From NCBI GenBank assembly GCA_964230645.1, contig CAXRHT010000001.1, positions 544,001 through 608,000 on the forward strand: a DNA stretch of 64,000 nucleotides, given 5' to 3'. This document shows, piece after piece, positions 58,606 to 64,000 of the stretch. Positions within the stretch are counted from its first letter, which is position 1. Each line of letters opens with the position of its first letter. The DNA is from Bdellovibrionales bacterium. Lineage in GTDB: Bacteria; Bdellovibrionota; Bdellovibrionia; Bdellovibrionales; JAGQZY01. The notes beneath the pieces are model-generated. The model did no database searches, was not told the origin of the DNA, and saw only the letters and a list, made by a program, of their open reading frames with translations. A program made the position numbers and the translations under genes.

Positions 58606-60215
58606 TATACAATTCTCAAAGTCGCCGCTATTTCTTGCAAGGACTTGGTAAAAGTCTTTTGGCTCTGCCAATACTTCCTTCTTTGATTCCCAAAGCCAGT
58701 GCTCAAACGGTCTCCGATCAACAGAAGTTTTTTATTATGGTCACTTCAGGCCATGGTGGCAAAGGCCATTCGACCGACTGGTACCCGGCTCCCTTTATAA
58801 ATAATTTTGAAGGAAACTGGTTTACCAAAAGACAGCTCTTTGCGGCCAATGCGGAGAATGACTTCCCACATATCATGAGACATGCGCTGTTAAGAAATAT
58901 CCTTAGCGCTGATCCTAGTCACCCCAATGGAAATGTCGACAATAATAACCAAAGACTCTCTCATATTTTGGGATCTTTTTTAAATCCCTATCTTGATAAA
59001 ATGAATCTTCTTGTTGGGATCGACGGAGCGATGTCCTACTACGGTCACTCGCGAGGCGTTTACGCTGGTAATTCCTGGTTTAACGAGAAGACGAGTTCAG
59101 GAGACCCCAACCCGCAACTTACATGGGAAACTCTCGATCAATTTCTGGGACGATCCCCTAAGTTTTATCAAGATCGCGACGCGATCTCCACTCCCGTGGT
59201 GAATCTTACCCGCTGGAACTCTTATTACGAAGGAGGCTACGGGGCTTCAAGGCAGGATGGTCTCAACATCGAAAGACTCTACGGAAATCTTTTTGAAAAA
59301 TATCAGGAGACCTCGGACCCTCAGGTGATAGCAGCCAGACAACAAAGACAATACCTCCTTGATAAGGTCTATGAAGATTACAAGAGAATCACTGATGGCG
59401 CCTACGGACTCGCACGAAAAATCTCGTCAGAGGATCGCTCAAGACTAAAAGATCACGCTGACTTCTTGCAAGACACTCAGAAGAAATTTAAATCAATTAT
59501 CAATTCTTGTAGTGAAGTTTCTCAGCCCAACGGAGATATTCGTATCAAAAGAAGTCCGGAGGCTGAACGCTACTGGAACTTGGCCACTGACCTAATGGTC
59601 GCGGCTATCCAGTGTGGTAGTAGTCGCATTGGAATAATGACAGGCAATTCTCACTTCCGCTACAAGGGTGACTACCACCAGGAAGTGGCTCATGCGGCTA
59701 ATAACGAGCCTGATAAACAACTTCTTCACAACAAAGATTTCCGCTGGCAGGCGGAGAACTTAGTCCATAATCTTGTTAGTAAACTTGATGCCATTGGTGC
59801 CGGAAATGGACAGAAACTTCTTGATAAAGGTATGGTGGCATGGGTGCATGAGGCCGGCGACGTCACACACTCCCATCATAATATTGGGGTTGCAACTTTC
59901 GGATCTGTGGATGGTTTTTTCAAAACCGGAAATCTTGTCGACTACAGAAATCTTGAAAACCTTGGTTTGTTAAAAAATCATCAAGCGGGCCACAGAAGCC
60001 GCCCTGGAATTCCTCTTTCAAGACTTCTTGCCAATATCGCACAAGCCTATGGACATGTCCCAGGTGATTATCGCCGATTCAATAGACCTGGTTATGGTGA
60101 CAGCAGCAAGTTCGTAGAGGGTGGTAAATCCCATCGCGCCAATCCCAACGGTCATGTCCCCTACCCCAAAGAGCTAAGAGACAGTCTGGATGATAAGCTG
60201 CCAATCATTACCTGA
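58602..60215 (+). CDS. DUF1552-type Tat-exported protein (copy 2)
   Basis: SRRYFLQG.G..LLALP.LPSL, TLDQ, S.EDR.RL..H, A.QCG.SR, H..AH and HSH motifs. Confidence 0.82.
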   Translation: MIYNSQSRRYFLQGLGKSLLALPILPSLIPKASAQTVSDQQKFFIMVTSGHGGKGHSTDWYPAPFINNFEGNWFTKRQLFAANAENDFPHIMRHALLRNILSADPSHPNGNVDNNNQRLSHILGSFLNPYLDKMNLLVGIDGAMSYYGHSRGVYAGNSWFNEKTSSGDPNPQLTWETLDQFLGRSPKFYQDRDAISTPVVNLTRWNSYYEGGYGASRQDGLNIERLYGNLFEKYQETSDPQVIAARQQRQYLLDKVYEDYKRITDGAYGLARKISSEDRSRLKDHADFLQDTQKKFKSIINSCSEVSQPNGDIRIKRSPEAERYWNLATDLMVAAIQCGSSRIGIMTGNSHFRYKGDYHQEVAHAANNEPDKQLLHNKDFRWQAENLVHNLVSKLDAIGAGNGQKLLDKGMVAWVHEAGDVTHSHHNIGVATFGSVDGFFKTGNLVDYRNLENLGLLKNHQAGHRSRPGIPLSRLLANIAQAYGHVPGDYRRFNRPGYGDSSKFVEGGKSHRANPNGHVPYPKELRDSLDDKLPIIT

Positions 60216-60227
60216 GTGCATGATTTT

Positions 60228-61100
60228 TTAGGCTTTTATTAGTTCGAAATCAAAACTCTCGGAACGAGGTGGTGTTTCCCAGAGGCTTAGGACAAAACCT
60301 CCGTCTCCACTACCGGTAGGCTTTACACTAAGAGCGCCCGCTTTTTTTAAGGCCAGCATATGACTATCAAGCTCCCGACTCACCAGTCCCCACTCGCGAA
60401 AACAGGATCCGGCTTGATCAATAGACTCCCTTAGTAATTCAATGTTTTGGGAACCCCTAAGTCCAAGAAAAGCCTTTTTAACCGCATCTTTCATTCTTTG
60501 ATCAAGATCCTCTCCAAGGCGAGGTTTTTCTTTAATAAAAGTCTGCACTCTTTTAATACAATCAGAAGTCACACCTTTTTTTCCACAATAAGAGAGATAG
60601 AAATGGGGGCTCCACGACGGAGTAAAAGACTCCATAAAATTAGGACGCTTAAAACGCAGAGGCTTATTTTCAAGAGCAACAGCTACATCGACACCTGAAC
60701 TCTCACCGTGAAAAAGGTCTTCAAGGCTTTTTGCGAATTCGTAGGCGCCCGATTTGTTAAGCTTTCCTAAAGCAACAAAAAAACGAGCCAAGCTCGCGCA
60801 CAATGTTGCACTAGCACCCATACCTGCCCCCACAGGAATATTACTTTTTAAAGAGATTCGTCCCTTCAACTCCTCCCGGTCAATAGAGAGAAACTGCAAA
60901 GCTTTCTCTAGGACTCCCCAGAAGGCCATTTCAAGCCCCGGTTGCTGAGAGGCGATATCAAGCTCTAAGCTGCCCCCTCCCTCTTCAAATTTGAAATCTA
61001 AAAAGCGAGATTGCACAGGGAAGACTAGGGCCTCCCCGCCTCTAAGCACTGTATGCTCCCCAGCAAAAATCCACTTTCCATGGGTTCTAAACTCGAGCAA
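60228..61100 (-). CDS. mvaK1: Mevalonate kinase (GHMP)
   Basis: GKWIFAGEH, IPVGAGMGASA, FHG.SSGVD, K.TGSG.GG motifs; mevalonate operon. TTG at 61100 follows GAGG. Confidence 0.8.
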   Translation of the reverse strand: MLEFRTHGKWIFAGEHTVLRGGEALVFPVQSRFLDFKFEEGGGSLELDIASQQPGLEMAFWGVLEKALQFLSIDREELKGRISLKSNIPVGAGMGASATLCASLARFFVALGKLNKSGAYEFAKSLEDLFHGESSGVDVAVALENKPLRFKRPNFMESFTPSWSPHFYLSYCGKKGVTSDCIKRVQTFIKEKPRLGEDLDQRMKDAVKKAFLGLRGSQNIELLRESIDQAGSCFREWGLVSRELDSHMLALKKAGALSVKPTGSGDGGFVLSLWETPPRSESFDFELIKA

Positions 61101-62061
61101 AACCGATATCCTCAATATTACTGAGAGTCGTCCAATGGCCTTTTAAATTTTGATTATAAAATTCAAGAGCCAAGTCTTTCTGGTCCGAACGCCAGAGAAG
61201 ATGCACATTGGGGCCAGCGTCCATAGTAACAACCGGCCCATCCCCTTTTTCTTCCCAGAAGTTCCGAGTTTTTTCTAACACTTCAAAAGTTCCAGGGAGA
61301 AAATAACTAAAGCTCGGTTCACTGGTTTCAAACAAAGCATGCATATCCCAAAATTCAGCCCACACCACCTGATAAAGGTTTTCCCAATTTCCACTGGTCA
61401 GATTTCCTAGAACCTTTTCGAGGCGCTGGCTTGTTCGTTCCGCTCGCCCCTTAAATAAGAGACTTGATTCTACCTTTTTGTGAGCCAGGCTAGAAGAAAC
61501 TTTTTTCGCCCCACCACCTACGATCACCACCATGTGATTCAAGGAATCTATGGCAAAATCTTTTGGTCCCAAGCTTTGCTCTTCCCACAGAACAAAACCT
61601 GACCAAAAGGATCGACAAGAAGAACCTGACCCTCGAGCGGACATCATCGCTTTTTCTTTCGTTGAAAATTTCTTTGTAGACAAATCTTCACAAGCTTTGA
61701 AGGCCACTTCTGTAAGGGCTGCAAAGCTTGAAGCGGAACTGGCGATCCCGCAATCGGCCGGAAAATTGTTGGCTGATTTTACTTTAAACTTTTCTTTCAC
61801 GCCAAAAAGGTCTTTGACTCTTTGCAGGTGATTTAAAAACTTCTCCCGACCAAGGGGGCTCATCTCAAAAGGAAAATCACTCTCTCCTGGCTCCCAAGTA
61901 TCGGAGTCTCCAGCGTGGGTTTGTAATTCAACCTTTGAGGTCAAATGATCCAAAGTCCAAGAAAAAGAGGAATTACTGGGGATGTTTTTTTCTTTATCTT
62001 TTTTCCCCATATACTTGATCAGAGCAATATTGGAGGGTTTCTCGGCCGTCCAAGAGGTCAT
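61087..62061 (-). CDS. mvaD: Diphosphomevalonate decarboxylase
   Basis: SNIALIKYMGK, GIASSASSFAAL, GSGSSCRS, TMDAGPNVH motifs. Confidence 0.93.
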   Translation of the reverse strand: MTSWTAEKPSNIALIKYMGKKDKEKNIPSNSSFSWTLDHLTSKVELQTHAGDSDTWEPGESDFPFEMSPLGREKFLNHLQRVKDLFGVKEKFKVKSANNFPADCGIASSASSFAALTEVAFKACEDLSTKKFSTKEKAMMSARGSGSSCRSFWSGFVLWEEQSLGPKDFAIDSLNHMVVIVGGGAKKVSSSLAHKKVESSLLFKGRAERTSQRLEKVLGNLTSGNWENLYQVVWAEFWDMHALFETSEPSFSYFLPGTFEVLEKTRNFWEEKGDGPVVTMDAGPNVHLLWRSDQKDLALEFYNQNLKGHWTTLSNIEDIGFARV

Positions 62062-62732
62062 TTCAAGTCATCTCCTAAACTCTTATTCCAATGAAGAGGC
62101 ACTTCACTCTTTTCAGAAAGCCGATTCATGTAAGCATCCAGGTTCTTCGGGAACTCAAGGCCCTTCACTGTGGTTAAACACCGAAGGGTTGCAAATACAT
62201 GAAAGTCATCCCAGGTGAGATCATCACCCCAAAAATATTCGCCGTCTTGATAAATCTCTTCTAATCTTTGTAAGTGCTTTTCGGCAAAGTTGATAAGATC
62301 TTTTGTGATAAAGAGGTTTTGCTCAAAGGGTCCTATGGAATCGTATTTTTTATGGGTAAAATAATCGATGGCACTTTGAGTTTTAAACTCTCCTAAGCCC
62401 ATTGCCACCCATCGAGGCATGGCAAGAGCATATGTGTACTGACGAGATTCCTTGAGCCATTGGCTTAACTCTTCCGACTCTGGCGCAGTATGAACTATGG
62501 GCTCACCATAACTTGCCGACTGATCGATTGTCGCGATGATATCAAGACTCTCTGGAACGTACTGTCCCACTTGTTTCTCAAGGATAGGCAGCATCTTTTT
62601 TCCGATCATTTCAATCGGTGTTTTTTCATCGTCGTTTAAAAGCTCAACGACTTCAACGGCCACATCCTTGAGTCCAAAGATCATGCGGGCTTTTACACAG
62701 TAGGGACAGTGATCGTAGACATAGAGCTTCAT
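62058..62732 (-). CDS. grxB: Glutaredoxin 2
   Basis: MKLYVYDHCPYCVKARMIFGLK, ESLDII, EFKTQSA..YF..KK, typical of GrxB. Confidence 0.92.
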   Translation of the reverse strand: MKLYVYDHCPYCVKARMIFGLKDVAVEVVELLNDDEKTPIEMIGKKMLPILEKQVGQYVPESLDIIATIDQSASYGEPIVHTAPESEELSQWLKESRQYTYALAMPRWVAMGLGEFKTQSAIDYFTHKKYDSIGPFEQNLFITKDLINFAEKHLQRLEEIYQDGEYFWGDDLTWDDFHVFATLRCLTTVKGLEFPKNLDAYMNRLSEKSEVPLHWNKSLGDDLK

Positions 62733-63628
62733 ACTGGCCGCCTTAGTCTCGCACCTGGGTGAGACTGACTAAGACTACTGATGTATTGAAAGTCTTCGCT
62801 ATAACAGAGGCTCTTTACTTTCTCAGCATTGGAGGACTCAGCTAAAATAATAACCGTATCAATACCCATTGCCCCGCAACCTTTGGCGGCTAGAACTTCT
62901 GGATTTTTCCTTAGTTTATGAACACTTTTTTGAACCCTTAGGTCACTCAAGCCCATCTCTCCCAAAATGTCATAGTAGTAGTTCAAAGACTCAGAAAACA
63001 CTTTGAGATTCTCTTGATCAAAGGCTGTACGAGCTGCCAAGAGAATAGGAATAAGAGACTTCAAGTCTTTGCTTTTGAGATCCCTTAGATGTTCGTGGGT
63101 GGCTAACTTTTGCCCAGTATGAAAAATAAAAATATCATAACCCGGAAAAGGCCAAGCCAATTTTTCGGCAATGTAGTTCATGCCATCATACCAGCAAAGA
63201 CCACCGCAGACTTGAGCGACTAAATCAGCACCACTAGGTTTATAATCACTACCAGCATGTTGTTGGTAGGATTGAACGAAGTCTTCGAGATCATCCAGAA
63301 TCTTTTCGTTTAAATCCTCAGTTTGGGCGTCATGATATTGATCGTAAAGATAGACGGAAAGATATTCAGCTGTTGATCGACCAAAACCACCGCGCCCCTG
63401 GTGAGGGTCTACAAAAGAATAGCCCACGGAATCTTGAGAGAGCTCTTTTCGTAATCGGCCGGCTGGGCTATCGGGATGGAAACCAAAATTTTTGTCCTCA
63501 ATGAGTTTCACGAAAAAACTTGGTTCAGAGGCTAGGACCATCGAAGCTGTTCCATTGATGGCCAGATACTCGCCAATGATGAATGTCTTACTTGGAATTT
63601 CTATGGCTAAATCTGTTTTTGAACTCAT
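62729..63628 (-). CDS. GHMP kinase, probable phosphomevalonate kinase
   Basis: PSKTF..GEY, G.G.S, PSGADL, KG.GA.G motifs; mevalonate operon. Confidence 0.7.
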   Translation of the reverse strand: MSSKTDLAIEIPSKTFIIGEYLAINGTASMVLASEPSFFVKLIEDKNFGFHPDSPAGRLRKELSQDSVGYSFVDPHQGRGGFGRSTAEYLSVYLYDQYHDAQTEDLNEKILDDLEDFVQSYQQHAGSDYKPSGADLVAQVCGGLCWYDGMNYIAEKLAWPFPGYDIFIFHTGQKLATHEHLRDLKSKDLKSLIPILLAARTAFDQENLKVFSESLNYYYDILGEMGLSDLRVQKSVHKLRKNPEVLAAKGCGAMGIDTVIILAESSNAEKVKSLCYSEDFQYISSLSQSHPGARLRRPV

Positions 63629-64000
63629 CGGATCGCCGGGTTTTCCTGAACCGGAGCGCGGTTACGAAGACTTTGAAGAATTTGCCAAGCATCAGTATGA
63701 GAGATTCGTTTTTTCACAGCTAAGAGCTGCTCTAACTTTTTCTGCAATGGTCGGCTTTCTTCTTCATTGGCTCCCACGCCGAGAGTTAAATTTTTGATAT
63801 GTAATTTCATATGCCCTTCAATGATACCAACTGTTGTCAAAGCTTTCAGGGCTCCTAAATTCTGCACTAAACCTACAGCGGCACAAATTTGAGCAAGTTC
63901 ACTACTACTTTTAACTTTCAGCATTTCTAAACAAAGTCTTGCCGTGGGATGAAGAGATGTCACCCCACCCACAGTGCCCACCACAAGGGGGGCTTCGAAA
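63625..64000 (-). CDS. mvaA: Class II HMG-CoA reductase, C-terminal part (truncated by the window edge)
   Basis: VGTVGG...HP.A, AVGLVQNLGAL.AL...GI..GHMKLH motifs. Confidence 0.9.
   Translation of the reverse strand, partial: FEAPLVVGTVGGVTSLHPTARLCLEMLKVKSSSELAQICAAVGLVQNLGALKALTTVGIIEGHMKLHIKNLTLGVGANEEESRPLQKKLEQLLAVKKRISHTDAWQILQSLRNRAPVQENPAIR

Overview
Bacterial chromosomal window, most likely from a Bdellovibrionota (Bdellovibrio-like predator). This is inferred from FQNC-type lipoboxes, a TIGR02147/DUF4423-like regulator, Cys-rich type IV pilin-like genes, DUF1592/DUF1552 pairs and a mevalonate pathway. From left to right: three tandem large pilin-like genes; a BetT-type BCCT transporter; a regulator-metallopeptidase-secreted protein operon; LysR with a Chlamydia-type folate operon (CADD, folB, folKP, CofE-like ligase); a DASS transporter; feoAB; an aerobactin-like NIS siderophore operon with TonB-dependent receptor; a frameshifted LysR; an ABC ATPase with an ABC-permease/M1-peptidase fusion; a carnosine-N-methyltransferase-like protein; DUF1592/DUF1552 pair 1; a ferredoxin; a Fur/Zur-like TonB metal-uptake module; CheB/AKR/membrane genes; tRNA-Pro(GGG); merR-ihfA-pheT-pheS; rsmG-TrmH-NupC; DUF1592/DUF1552 pair 2; and a mevalonate operon containing grxB. 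The most notable items are the pilin triplet with a shared phage/C1q-like C-terminal domain, a sigma28-type promoter driving a ~95-nt hairpin RNA that overlaps a 28-aa hydrophobic ORF, a histidine-methyltransferase-like enzyme with a PqqD-like tail, REP-like palindromes with tandem tails (one forming a protein C-terminus), and an apparent ATT start codon for betT. All family calls come from motif recognition by eye; no database searches were run.
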